A DNA stretch of 64,000 bases from Chiloscyllium plagiosum (lineage: Eukaryota). The first letter of the stretch is position 1; every line of letters starts with the position of its first letter. Below, piece after piece: positions 38,191 to 51,019 of this stretch. The notes beneath the pieces were generated by a model. The model was not told where the DNA came from, did not search any database, and saw nothing but the letters and a program-made list of their open reading frames with translations. Location of the stretch: positions 75,151,859 through 75,215,858 of the forward strand of contig NC_057718.1 of NCBI RefSeq assembly GCF_004010195.1. The letters are read 5' to 3'. A program made the position numbers and the translations under genes.

Positions 38191-38403
38191 TGTCTCACTT
38201 TGCTGATGCATACCAATAAGTATTCTAAGTCTGTGTTTTGCTTTTGAATGCATAACAAGTGTCCTCAGTGTTTCTTCTGTACCTTTTTCTGTGGTAGATG
38301 ATCTGTTTCTGATTGATCCACATCAAACTGAATTGGTCCAAAAATTATGCATAGCTGGATTTCCACATGTAATTATTAAGAACACGATGTCTGGGACTCT
38401 TAC

Positions 38404-38483
38404 CTTTTATCTCCTTCAGTTTCAATCATCTTCAATCATCTCACAGGTTGTTCTGCAACCATTTCTAAGTTATAGGTTATTCT
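38404..38483 (-). pseudogene. Degraded exon (phase 0 to 2)
   Basis: tttgatacag|...aaag|gtaaga; RITYNLEMVAEQPVR*LKMIETEGDK. Confidence 0.5.
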
Positions 38484-39215
38484 CTGTATCAAAGATTGTT
38501 TAGGAAAACACAGCCATAGCAATGCCTTAGAAAGTACAGTTTTACAAGCCACACATTGTTCTGACACTTGTCAGCTAAAATTGAGATAAGGGTAGTGAGT
38601 TGTCCTTCCCTATTGGGCATCAGTGAACCAAATAGATTTTTACAGTAATGGTTTCATGGTTACTAGTAGGGTTATTAATGAAATTCAGAATTTCACCATC
38701 TTCCATGATGAGATTCAAACTCACATCTCAACAGGAGACACGGATTCTGCTTTGTATGACTAAGTGTCTTTCCAGCATACCTCCAACTCTCCTACAAAAG
38801 CACTTACTAGTAGATCAATATCCCTACAAAGTACAGTTAAATGTTTAGGAACAAGAAGTATTTTATAACAAATTTAGTAACATGAAAACCAAGAAGAAAA
38901 GGTTTAAGAGGAGTTAATGAAAACATATGAACCAAACAGATAACATCTCCAAGACAATCCTGCTTTTCACTGATGGTTACACAGTATTCCTTTTTACCTT
39001 AGCACTCACACCAGTCAGGAAGCCCTTTCACCACACCTCCACAGTGCTGTCAATATTGTGTCTTGTGATATTAATTCTACATTAAGAATCATTGTGCTGC
39101 AAGATAGCATAAGAACAAACAACATTCTGGTCATGTATTCTATAACCATAAAGCTCAGTCCCTGCTAGACCTCAACTCACATTCACCAGGTCATGAAATG
39201 TTGACTACATCACAC

Positions 39216-39441
39216 CTGCATGTCTCCTTCAGTGCTCCAATGATTACTAAACTGAGCAAAAGGGTTACGTTCTCCATATTCAAAAGCATGGGAAATACAA
39301 GATATATGACCATATTAGAGTCTGACCATTTTCCCAGGTAAAAACCTTCACTCAAAGAGCTGTTCTAGGAATATTTCGCCTTGGCCTCTAGGTGTAGATC
39401 CTCATAAAGGAATATTCCCATCTTCAAATCAATCTTAAATT
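39216..39441 (-). pseudogene. Degraded exon (phase 1 to 0)
   Basis: (E)FKIDLKMGIFLYEDLHLEAKAKYS*NSSLSEGFYLGKWSDS[fs]YGHISCISHAFEYGERNPFAQFSNHWSTEGDMQ|gtgtga; the acceptor is weak (gag). Confidence 0.45.
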
Positions 39442-40463
39442 CTCTTGTGTTAACAGAATCAATAAAAGCATTGATATTTTCTCATCCATTCTTTATTTCA
39501 ACTCAAAATCAAATTATGCCTGCCATTTTATAATTAGAAAATTATCCCAAATTTAAAAATTAGTTTTATTGTTTGTTTTGTTAATGTTCAATCTATATTC
39601 CCTCAGTGGAAATGTTTTTTGAGAGTCTCGAAACAAACTAAACTGATTTTTCATTTTGAAAATGTGATTATCCCCTTAAACATCAGATACATTTTCCTGA
39701 GTACTTAAAATTGCAACTCATTGATTTATTTTATTAATTCCAATTCCAAAAACATTTATGCACTGGCTTGGTTTTGAATTGTGATTTATATCAGAGACAG
39801 AGGGCTTGCGATAAATTTAGTTCAAACCGTTATCATGCTGTGCTTTAATTTTGAAAACAGTTGGATTTCTTGACACATCATCAGTAGTCAAGCAGACCTA
39901 AAAACTACCACTCCTTGTTAACAAAAACCATAAAGGATGGAATCTACCTCTCCAAGGAAGCAGCAGGGATGTAGTGGCAGGAGAAGGTAATCGGGCAGGT
40001 AGGCATCACTACTGCAAAATACCAACACAAGAATTAATTTCTGGCAGGAAGGGTCAAGCTCAATTACCCTGCCCACTTCCAATTGAAGCCCGCAAGTGAT
40101 GAATTAATGACCATTTAAGGTCCTCATCCCACCTAGCTGCATTGACTTTATGTGCAGATGGGATAAGAAACTTACAGTCTATCTGACTGTTAACCAAGTG
40201 CTAGAAAACTGTCAGTTGTGGGCAGGTATCTCAGTCTCCATTAATTTGTCTAAGATTGAGGGACTGGACCCATTGTAGGTCAGTTGCATCTGAGAATGAC
40301 TCCCTTGTGTTGCTTCCAAACCCTCTGCACTCCTCTTCCTGCAAACATTCAACACCAGAAACTCTACTGAAACAGCACCTACCTTCTCCAATAGTGAATC
40401 ATCATGCTCAAATGCAGGGCCTATTGTCCTGGCAATCACAGCCTCTGTCATGGCATTGCTGTA

Positions 40464-40807
40464 CTTTTTCGCGGAAGAGGGGCAGGCAGTTGGTCCATGG
40501 CTCACTGCCTGGACCTTCTCCTGTTTATATATTTTTTTTCTTTTTTATCCCCTTTAACCCCCACACTACCACCTAAGTGCGGTAGTGCTTATTTTATCCC
40601 CAGCGCCCACCTCTCCCTGAACAACTCCAGGGTGTTGGTCGACGCCGCGTGCTCCTTCTCCAAGGACACCCGGGCTCTAACGTAACCGCGGAAGAGGGGC
40701 AGGCAGTCGGCCCTAACGACCCCCTCCACGGCCCGCTGCCTGGACCTGTTGATGGCCAGTTTGGCCAGGCCCAGGAGCAGACCCACGAGGAGGTCTTCAG
40801 ACCTGCC
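40464..40807 (-). mobile_element. Tx1 family A short rearranged copy, 15-bp TSD
   Basis: Near-identical to 9202-9405 plus the 3' terminus; TSD catggcattgctgta at 40449-40463 and 40808-40822. Confidence 0.9.
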
Positions 40808-43724
40808 CATGGCATTGCTGTATTCTGGAGTTGCTAGTGTCTGATTGGCCAGCAGCTTCAGGTGGGTTGGACTTTCTGTTCAAGAGTTCTAATTTCGATA
40901 GAAAGCCTACCAACAACCAATCGGCTGCCTGATTGCTAGATGATCCTTCTGGAACTACTCTCGCTTTCAGGCTTAGTCCAAAAATGGAAGACTCCTAAGA
41001 CACTGCTTAGGAACTCAATGAGTCCATTTGTCCAATCATATTTGTAGAGTCCAACTGTTAACAAACGAGATTTTCTGCCAATATGTTAATAGAATCAGAA
41101 TCACCTTGAATGTCCCAAATTCTAATTTACATATTATAATTTAAAAACTTCCACTTCCTAATACATTTCAACTTTGTTGTTGCAACTATGTGCTAATATA
41201 AACCATCACTCTCCTCCTGTCATTCATTGTTTGATTGCTGACCACCATTGATGACAGGATGTTGCACGATGTGGGATGGTTAGTCCAGAGTTATTTGCTT
41301 CTTAGTAGTGGTTAGATAAATCTGAGTGTTCTGCATTGGCACTACAGAGGGATTTCTATGAGTTTGGGGTCATGTAGAGGCTAAGTTCGGTGAGGGCAGT
41401 AGGTTTCCTTTAAAAAGACATTCGTGAACCAGATGAAGTTTTACAATTTCAGATTTATCTAACTAACTAGATTTAGATTGCACAATTTAAGACACACTTT
41501 AAAATACATTGTTTGTCATTCAAATTAGTTCTTTCTCATGTTAAGACTATCATCAACTGTATTCATCTCCTCAATAAACTCAATTGTGCATACTACGTCA
41601 GAGCAGAATCTTGCATTTCTATTTATTAGCATTGCTGTACTTTGCTAAAACTAACGAATAAATATTTGAACTTTACACAATTCTTCCAACTTTGACAGTT
41701 TTGGGCTAGAATGCCAATGAAATCGAGTCATGGATGGTTGAAGGTACAAAATTAATATATTGATCACTATGTCCCATATTTTTAGTGACATCTTGTCTAA
41801 CTGATGGCTAAATGTGCGATCTAAAACTGCAATTCATCTTTCCAGCACCAGTTTCTGGAACATAAGCATGAGAAATGTGAAGTGAATGAGTTTTAATGGG
41901 CAAAACTGTAGAAGTAATATTGCAGTGTTGGAATTGTACATTATGGTAGATCATATGTTATAGTGAGATTAATATAGAATACAGCTGCATTGTTGCTTTA
42001 TGAGCTGGATTCTTAATATTTCATTTCCAAGGCCTGCCTCATGTGTTATAAAACTCTACAGATCCTCTGTGATGAAACACGTTTGTTTTCCTGTATAAAA
42101 TTAGTTACATAATGAAACTTTTTTTTATGATTGTTGTTTAACTTAATTGTTACTGCTGCTGAGCAACAATCCTGTCAAAAGGTGGGGATATCTTCAACCA
42201 GCACCTACTTATGTAATGATCAATGTTTAATCTGGCTCAGTGATTTCATTTAGTTGGTGTCATTGCTGAACTCAAACTTTAGCTTGGTGTCAAGCTAAAA
42301 TCAAATGCTCATTCTAAATGATACGAAGATTTTCAGTGCCGCAATAAAGGCAATTATTTGCTGGAACATTTACACCAAGATTTGTCTGGTAGCGTTTAAC
42401 TGAAGCCAGCACTGAGGGAGTTACCCCTACCATGTCATTGAGCCCTGCTAATAGTTTTAATGGACTGCAGGGTGGTAGTTCAACTTCAATATTCAGACTA
42501 AAGGGATTTATAGCCCACAGGATCTTAACAGCAGTTTTTGTTTGTTTCTTCATTGCATATGGGCACACTGGACAATGGTTTATTGGCCATCCCAATTGCC
42601 CTGGAAAAGCTGGTTTTAGCTGCCTTCCTCAACCACTGCAGAATTTGAAGTGTAGACACATGCACAATGTTGTCACAAAAGGCATTCCAGGATTTTGATC
42701 CACTTACAGTTAAGGAACAGCAAATTTATTTTTCCAAAATATACTTCATACATAGTAGATGTCTTTGTATTAATACATAGTCCCAAATGCAGTTCAATTT
42801 TGTACAGTAGTATGCCAAGGAAACAAACAAATGCTGGAGTTTAATTGTATCCAAACAAACCAAAGGCATCTCTTGCTTGAATCAGACTATACTTATATGC
42901 GTTCGAGGCATGAGGAGGGTCCAATAACTGAATGATCCCCCTTTAAACGTCAGCAGAAGGACCTCAGACAGTGGTCTTTCCCCATGGTGCATTGACAACA
43001 AGCTGCCCAAGTTTTAGTGCATCCACTAGCACATAATCCTAGGCCTTGGAATGTGCTAGTCTGCAACACTCAGTCAAGATCAACTCATTGCTCTGGAAGA
43101 CCAAAAAGTTTCGGACAGACCAAAGAGTGCCATTCACCAAGTTGATGGTCCTCCAGGCTCAGTCGATGTTTGCCTCAGATCTCCAGCATCTTCAGTCCTC
43201 ACTTTCTCCTAGCAGACGGTGATACAGACTGACAGGGTGTACAAGAAAGATCTTACAGGTAGTGCCTTTCTCCCCACCAGCCAAGTGATGTCTTGGTGCT
43301 TGTTGGAAAAATTCTGGTGATGAGACATTCTGCCCAGTGACTTTGACAGTCTGCTCAGGGAACCATGTGATAGGATCCACTGCTCCTTTTCCCTCTTGGT
43401 CTTGAGAATGCTATGTGCTGACCACTTCCTGAAGGACTGGTGCTCAGAGGTGTTTTCTCCATGAAGAACGGGTGATATGGAACGGTCCAAATATTTAGAG
43501 TGTTCTGCAGAAATGAGGCCAATTCCATCCTTAGCAACACTGGGGACAGACAGAACCTTAGTACGTAATGAAACTTGGTGTTTGCATACCAAGGGTTGTT
43601 GTGGTTCTGTTCGCCGAGCTGGGAATTTGTGTTGCAGACGTTTCGTCTCCTGTCTAGGTGACATCCTCAGTGCTTGGGAGCCTCCTGTGAAGCGCTTCTG
43701 CGATCTTTCCTCCGGCATTTGTAG

Positions 43725-44414
43725 NNNNNNNNNNNNNNNNNNNNNNNNNNNNNNNNNNNNNNNNNNNNNNNNNNNNNNNNNNNNNNNNNNNNNNNNNNNN
43801 NNNNNNNNNNNNNNNNNNNNNNNNNNNNNNNNNNNNNNNNNNNNNNNNNNNNNNNNNNNNNNNNNNNNNNNNNNNNNNNNNNNNNNNNNNNNNNNNNNNN
43901 NNNNNNNNNNNNNNNNNNNNNNNNNNNNNNNNNNNNNNNNNNNNNNNNNNNNNNNNNNNNNNNNNNNNNNNNNNNNNNNNNNNNNNNNNNNNNNNNNNNN
44001 NNNNNNNNNNNNNNNNNNNNNNNNNNNNNNNNNNNNNNNNNNNNNNNNNNNNNNNNNNNNNNNNNNNNNNNNNNNNNNNNNNNNNNNNNNNNNNNNNNNN
44101 NNNNNNNNNNNNNNNNNNNNNNNNNNNNNNNNNNNNNNNNNNNNNNNNNNNNNNNNNNNNNNNNNNNNNNNNNNNNNNNNNNNNNNNNNNNNNNNNNNNN
44201 NNNNNNNNNNNNNNNNNNNNNNNNNNNNNNNNNNNNNNNNNNNNNNNNNNNNNNNNNNNNNNNNNNNNNNNNNNNNNNNNNNNNNNNNNNNNNNNNNNNN
44301 NNNNNNNNNNNNNNNNNNNNNNNNNNNNNNNNNNNNNNNNNNNNNNNNNNNNNNNNNNNNNNNNNNNNNNNNNNNNNNNNNNNNNNNNNNNNNNNNNNNN
44401 NNNNNNNNNNNNNN
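43725..44414. other. Assembly gap
   Basis: N run. Confidence 1.
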
Positions 44415-44634
44415 GACAACACTACTATTATAGGACAAGCCAAATAGAGAACAGCCAGGGAATTCCTAGAGGCATGGCATTCATCCACAGATTCAATCAA
44501 TAAGCACATCGACCTGGTCCCAATATACCGACCACTGCAACGGACAGCTGGAACTGACAACCGGAAGCTGCAGATTCAAACCACTACAAATGCCGGAAGA
44601 AAGATCACAGAAGCGCTTCACAGGAGGCTCCCAA

Positions 44635-44674
44635 GCACTGAGGATGTCACCTAGACAGGGGACGAAACGTCTGC
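44635..44674 (+). ncRNA. Minimal type I hammerhead motif (family C); mirror copy at 43634-43673 (-)
   Basis: gca-CTGAGGA-tgtcacct-agac-aggggac-GAAA-cg-TC-tgc; predicted cleavage after C44671. Confidence 0.7.
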
Positions 44675-46166
44675 AACACAAATTCCCAGCTCGGCGAACA
44701 GAACCACAACAACGAGCACCCGAGCTACAAATCTTCTCACAAACTTTGAATACCAAGGGTATATGCACAACTTGATGCAGCCTATTCCAAGCCAGGGTGT
44801 CTTGGAGGGGTTCTTGCAGCTGGTGGTTGTATTTCCATGTGTTTGCTACCTTCAACCCTCTAGATGATAGTGATAATAGATTTGGAAGATGCTGCTGAAT
44901 GAGCCTTGCTGAATTCTTACAGTTCTTCAAGATGGCTGCTGCTACTAAGTTTTGGTGGTGAAGGAAGTGAATATTAAAGATGGTAGATTGAGTACCAATC
45001 AAATGGACTTCCCTTATTTTAGATTTCTAGAAAATAAGACTTCAAATTATATGGGCAAGAAGTGTTTTAAATTTACATAGACAAGAAGTATCCACAAAAT
45101 TACCTATCTCTGCTTGCCAGCATAAATGCTATCATCTTCTCTACAATACCTCACACTGACTTTATCTTTGCTATTGTACCTACCTCCCACCAAGGTTCAT
45201 GCTCTATTACTTTCACTAATGCCTGCAACGTCTTCAACACCTACTGCCACCTATCCCAGCACCTGACACCATTCCCTCTGCATGCCCACTGTGTACCCAC
45301 TCAATCACTTAAGAAAGAGTTGTACCTGCAGCAAAGTAACAGATGTGCCACCTATTTTCATTTTCCATAATACTTGCCTCGCTCTCATTGTGGGAAGTAA
45401 ACAAACTGAAGATAGGTGATGGGCTGTTCTTTTAGCTTCTGACCCCTTATGAGGAGAGTTTCCTGACTCAGACCACCCTAAGTGACTGACTTTTACCAGC
45501 CTTTCGAATGGTTGTGGAGGCTGCCCTTAACTTACTGTGTCAGGACTCCCTGAGCAAAGGCTAACCCCTTGACTTGATTGAGACCTGCTGACAAATATGA
45601 AAAGCTTCTCTCTTGATAAACTGCTCACGAGAGCAGTGACAAGAGCCTCGTATCTCTGGCTGAGGGAGCAAAGGCAGGGATGTTGTGAACATCCAGATAG
45701 TTTCAGAGTGAGTGAGTGCAAGGAGAGCAAGTACAGGTCCAGAGATATAGCTTGGTCAAGTCCATGAACTGGGTGAGTTTGCCTGAACACCCTATGTCCT
45801 CTCTGCGGTGTTACAATGATAATGGCTGGTGCAGCATTGAAGTGTCCTGTATGTGGATAAGGGATGTGCCATGAGGTTTTTTAGTGGCTGGCACACTTTG
45901 GCTTCCAATGTCCGTGGCCATGGGGGAAAGAGGCTGGTGCCCTTGAAAAGTGCTCTGAGATGTCAGTGCTCAGTGTCTAACCTTTGGAACTAGACATGAG
46001 CTGAATTCACCAGGTGACTACTCTGACTTCCATGTCAAGCTTTTTGGTAATTTTGGTAAGATTGAAAGCTGAACATCAATGAGGTGAAGTGAGTCATTAA
46101 CATGGCGTATAACAAGCTATACTCCAACTTCATTGGTGAGTTTTTGCTGCCTTGCAAGAATCCTAC

Positions 46167-46611
46167 CTTGTCGCTCATCAAAAACATAAAAGGTGGAGTA
46201 AAATGCTCCCAAGGTTGGGATTGGCCTTGTTGGACTTCTGGCATACTTCTCACCATAGCCCATGTCACTTAGAACTCTATAAGAATTCCGCAAAATTTTT
46301 TTTTTCTTGAATTAAAGGATGTATAAGTTTTTGCAGTTCCTCCCCAGAGAAAACCTTTCCAGACTTACAGTTTATTTTAAAATCCATCAACTCTTTCATG
46401 CAAGTTGAAAAATCCTCACATAGATTTACATGGCTTCATCTTTTTGCTGAATGGCCTGGACTTTGTAGCTGCCAGTACTGCCTGCTAATGATGAATGAAC
46501 CTGAGTGAGAACTACCACAAACCTGAAGGTGAGAACTTCAGTTGCCTTAGCCCAGCTATGCTGTGTAGCTTGTGCAAAAATGAAAGTTTGTTGTTGTTAT
46601 GAATTCCATCA
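46167..46611 (-). pseudogene. Degraded exon (phase 2 to 1)
   Basis: tttttttggtgcag|...caag|gtagga; DGIHNNNKLSFLHKLH..[fs]..QVCGSSHSGSFIISRQYWQLQSPGHSAKR*SHVNLCEDFSTCMKELMDFKINCKSGKVFSGEELQKLIHPLIQEKK[fs]ILRNSYRVLSDMGYGEKYARSPTRPIPTLGAFYSTFYVFDERQ. Confidence 0.55.
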
Positions 46612-46979
46612 CTGCACCAAAAAAATATAAAACAGTCTACTATTCTGTAAATATACAGGAAAATCATATTTACCTACATGATTCATTGACAAAAAGTACA
46701 AATTATACATAATTTTTTAAAACGTACCATAAGATAAATGAATTAAATCTTTTGAAAAATGTTATTAAAAATGTTCAATAAATCATATCAAAAAGTCATG
46801 GATTTTATGTTTTTATCAAGATTTATCAGAAATATAAGAACTTTCATTTTGAAAAATCAATTCGTTTTAAATTTTATAAAATTGTTTTTCTGAAGTGGGT
46901 CTTTTTAATCAGATATTTTTGAAATGAGAGGAGGGCCCGAAAGCCTGAAAATACCAGTTCAAACGTACTTTTTTCTAAT

Positions 46980-47080
46980 CAACCTGTTCAGAGATGTTAC
47001 TAAACACTGTTGGAGCAGGTGGGACTTGAACCGAGACCTCTCAGTCCAGGGGAAGGGACACTACCACAATGCCACAAAAA
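46980..47080 (-). mobile_element. Short tRNA-derived SINE
   Basis: Minus strand gtggcattgtggtag...ggttcaagtccc (A/B boxes) without a full cloverleaf. Confidence 0.5.
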
Positions 47081-47439
47081 TGTCCTAATACCAGATTTAA
47101 TATTTTAATTTACAATTAATGAATAATTACTCCAAATTCAAGTGTTCCATATTTGTAGCCTGAAGTGGCAGAAGCAAGTGTAGGCCAATTGACCCATTAA
47201 AGCTGCACCTGACTTTCAATTAGATTATAACTGATATAATTGTCACCTTAACTCCACTTTCCTATCCATAGCCTTTCACTGCCTCATCAATCAAAAATCT
47301 GTTAACACAATCTTAAAATTATTGATAAGCCAATTTTCATTGCTCTCTGGGCAGAGAATTCTAATACTTAATGATCCTTTGAGAGAAAGACATCTTTCTT
47401 TTCTCTGTCTTGGAGCCCCCTTATTTTTAAATTTTCTGT

Positions 47440-48880
47440 TGATTTGATTTATTGATAAATGTACCCTAAGTACAGTGAAAAGCTTTGTTTATGAGCAGTA
47501 CAGATAGATCATAGTAAGCAAAGCCATACAGATCAGGGTGAAGAAACTTGGACAGAGGCAACACGTTACACCACACAGGGCATGCACGAACAACATTAAC
47601 AAGATCAATATTATCTGAAGTTACAGAGTCCATTCTTCAGTCTAATAACGATAGGAAAGAAGGTGTTCCGGAACCTGCTGGTGTGTGTATTCAAGCTTCT
47701 GTATCTTCTGCCTGACAGAAGAGGTTATAGAAGAGCATTACCAGGGTGAGAGGGATCTTTGATGATATTGACAGTCTCTGCACAGTAATGAGTCATGAAA
47801 ATGGAGTCCATAGATAGGAGGTTGGCTTCCGTGATGATTTGGGCTGTGCACATCACCTTCTCTAGTTTCCTATGGGCAGAGCAGATGCTGTACGCTGTTG
47901 TACATCTGGACAGTATGCTTTCCGTGGTGCATCTTGAAAAGCTGGTGAGGTTCCTTACAGACATGCCAAATTTCCTGAGCTGCCTGAAGAAGAAGACGTG
48001 TTGTTATGCCTTCTTGACTGTCAACGCTATGTGAGAAGTCCAGGACAGGTTGTTTGTTATCATCACTCCTAGGAACTTGACGCTCTCCACCCTCTCAACC
48101 ACAGCTCCGTTGATGTAGATGGGGGCATGTTCTTCTCCTTTCTTTCTGAAGTCAATGATCAGTTTGTTAGTTTTCCCGACATTGAAAGAGAGGCTGTTCT
48201 GCACCACATCATAAGTGCTCTATTTCCTTTCTGTATTCTGACTTGTCGCTGTTAGATATCTGTCCTACCACAGTGGTGGCATCAGCAAACTTGTAGATGG
48301 CGTTCATTTGGAATTTGGCTACACAGTTGTGGGAGGACAGGGAATACGGTAAGGGGCTAAGGTTGCATCCTTGGGGGGGGTGGGGCTCCAGTGTTGAGTG
48401 TTATTGTGGAGGGAATGTGTCTATCTTCATTGATTGCAGTTTGTGGGTCAGAAAGCTGAGGATCCAATTCCAGAGGGTGGAGCTGAGACTGAGGTCTTGG
48501 AGTTCTGAGATCAGGCTGAACGGGATAATGGTGTTGAAGGCAGAGCTGTAGTCAATGAGCAGGAGTCTGATGTAAGTGTCCTTGTTGTCCAGGTGCTCCA
48601 GGGATGAGTGCAGGGCTACAGGAAATGGTGTTTGCTGGGGTTTGTTATATTTGTAGGCAAATTGTAGGGGATTGAAGCAAGCTGGGAGACTAGAGTTGAT
48701 GTGGGCCATGACCACTATCTCGATGCACTTGGTCATAGCCACTGGGCAGTATCATTAAGGCACATTGTGTGTGCTTTCTTGGGTACTGGGATGATGGTGG
48801 TCTTCTTAAAACAGATGGGGACTTTGGCTTGTAGGAGGAAGAGGTTGAAGATATCAGTGAATACCTCTGCCAGCTGGTCC
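47440..48880 (-). mobile_element. Rex1/Babar LINE RT fragment
   Basis: PLQFAY, IRLLLIDYSSAFNTIIP, VERVESVKFLGV. Confidence 0.85.
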
Positions 48881-48889
48881 ACTGGCCTG

Positions 48890-50667
48890 TGCCTGTTAGT
48901 TCTAGATTCTTTTAAAGAGGAAACAGCAACTCCCTTGCCAAGTTCCCTCTTACATGTGTTAATAAAATCTTCTATTTATACCCAATCTGCTCGAATTCTA
49001 ATAATCACTTCAATCCAGGAATCATCTTAGTGGACTCTCTCTAAATTCCTTCCAATGCAACTACAATCCTTCCTTAAATAAGGAGATCATGACATTTATC
49101 CAGGTGTGGTCTCACCAATGCTTTGTACAGTTGTAGCAAGATGTCCCTGACTTCCTTATGTTTGTATTCCCTCCCTTTTGCAATGAAGGCCAATATTTCA
49201 TTTACATTCCTATTTACTTGCTGCACCTGCATGCTAACATTTTGTGATTAACATACAAGGATTCCCAGATGCTTCTGTACTGCAGCATTGCACAGTCTCT
49301 GACATTATTTTGCTCTTATAGACTTCCTACCTTGCATGTTCCTACATTAAACATCGCCTGCCAATCTTTGTTTGATTCACATAAACTATCTATGTCATTT
49401 TGCAGAAACTTTGCATACCCCTCACAATTTGCTTTCCTACCCATCTCTGTGTCACCAAAAAATTCTCCATTATATTCTGCCTCTTCGTCCAAGTCATTAA
49501 TATAAATTGTAAATACTTGATGCTCTGCACTCACCTCTATGCCAGTCCACAAGTTACAGTTTGCAAAGTTGAAAATAACCCACCTATCCCGATGCTTTTT
49601 CTGTTAGTTAGTCAATCCTGTAGCCATGCTAATATGTCATTCCAGCATATTGAGTTCTTATCTTGTTTTTTATGTGGCATTTTATTGAATCTCTTTTGGA
49701 AATCCAAATGCATCACATCTATTGGTTTGTTTCCCCTCCTTGCTTGTTACATCTTCAAAGATCTCAAATAGGTTTGTCAAACAGCATTTGCCCTTCATAA
49801 AACTGTGCCTATCCTTTTTACAGTTTCTTCATGTCTTACTGTTAACTCCTTTGTAAGATTCTTAAATTTTTCAAATGATCGATATTTATTTAGCTGTCCT
49901 ATAGACTTCTGCTTTCTGTCCCCTTGTTAAAGTTGTGTTTTTCCAATCCTTTGGGATCTTTGATGAATTAGGAGTATTTTTGAAGATTACCACCCATTAT
50001 CTATTATCTCTACAGCCAATTCCCAGAAAACCTAAGAACGCAGACCATCAGGTTCACAGGATTTCTCATTAGTTTTTCTAATAGTTTTTGTTTATTAATT
50101 TTGTTTGTTTGAAGTTCACCTTACCTTTTCCCTTTTGATTTTTTATTATTCTTGTGTTGCTTTTTTATATCATCTTCTGAAGACAGGTAAAGTCATCCTG
50201 TTCACATATATGCCCTTTGCAAATGTGTTTCTCTATAAGACCATGAGACCATAAGACATTGGAGCGGAAGTAAGGCCATTCGGCCCATCGAGTCCACTCC
50301 GCCATTCAATCATGGCTGATGGGCATTTCGGGTCCTAGTCTCCTTGCCTAACGGAAACAATTTCCTAGCGTCCACCCTTTCCAAGCCATGTATTATCTTG
50401 TAAGTTTCTATTAGATCTCCCCTTAATCTTCTAAACTCCAATGAATACAATCCCAGGATCCTCAGCCGTTCCTCGTATGTTAGACCTACCATTCCAGGGA
50501 TCATCCATGTGAATCTCTGCTGGATACGATCCAGTGCCAGTATGTCCTTCCTGAGGTGTGGGGTCCAAAACTGGACATAGTACTCCAAATGGGACCTAAC
50601 CAGAGCTTTATAAAGTCTCAGTAGCACAACGGTGCTTTTATATTCCAACCCTCTTGAGATAATGATA
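48890..50667 (-). mobile_element. CR1 fragments (old 48890-50230; younger 3' piece 50237-50667)
   Basis: IYINDLDEE; LYKALVRSHLEYYVQFWTPHLRKDI; (CTTATGGT)-like tail. Confidence 0.75.
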
Positions 50668-51019
50668 CCTAGTCTGCATCTTTTCATTGAAGAGTGTGTT
50701 TATTCACAATTTTCTGGCAGTAACTGTGCATACTCCATTTTTGCTGTTTTTGGAAATCATCTATGATGTTATTCACCAAGAACAAAGAAAGGTAAAGTCA
50801 CCATAATCTTACCAGACATAGGGCTGCTATCTCATTAGACAGATCATGAGAGACATCTGTTAGTGGTTTAACCTGAAGGTCACCACACCTCAAGTAAAAG
50901 GAGAGGTTGGCGGGCCAATGGGCTGAGGAATGGCAGATAGAGTTTCATTTAAATAAATGTGATGTTTTCCATTTTGGAAAAGCAAAGTAGGGTAGGACTT
51001 ATATACTTAATGGTAAGGG

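Larger units (their letters stand above)
43597..44749 (+). mobile_element. Young PLE family C with inverted 5' pLTR, 11-bp TSD
   Basis: 43597-43724 is the reverse complement of 44584-44711; TSD ataccaagggt at 43586-43596 and 44750-44760; AREFLEAWHS GIY-YIG end. Confidence 0.9.
42727..44783 (-). mobile_element. Tx1 family B ORF2 3' fragments
   Basis: GCIKLCIYPWYANTKFHYVLRF is continuous across the PLE TSD; DITWLVGRKALPVRSFL; 3' end homologous to 16820-17190. Confidence 0.75.
42540..45015 (-). mobile_element. L2-group LINE 3' fragment split (42540-42730, 44784-45015) by Tx1-B and PLE
   Basis: Reverse-complement homology to 20672-20936 and 30860-31270. Confidence 0.6.

Noticed and set aside
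43209..44560. 297-409 aa ORFs in the track
   Set aside because: Artefacts of translating through the N gap.
46167..46270. FYVFDERQ as a PARP/ADP-ribosyltransferase catalytic motif
   Set aside because: Upstream motif spacing does not fit and the next phase-compatible exon lacks the expected P.Y continuation.
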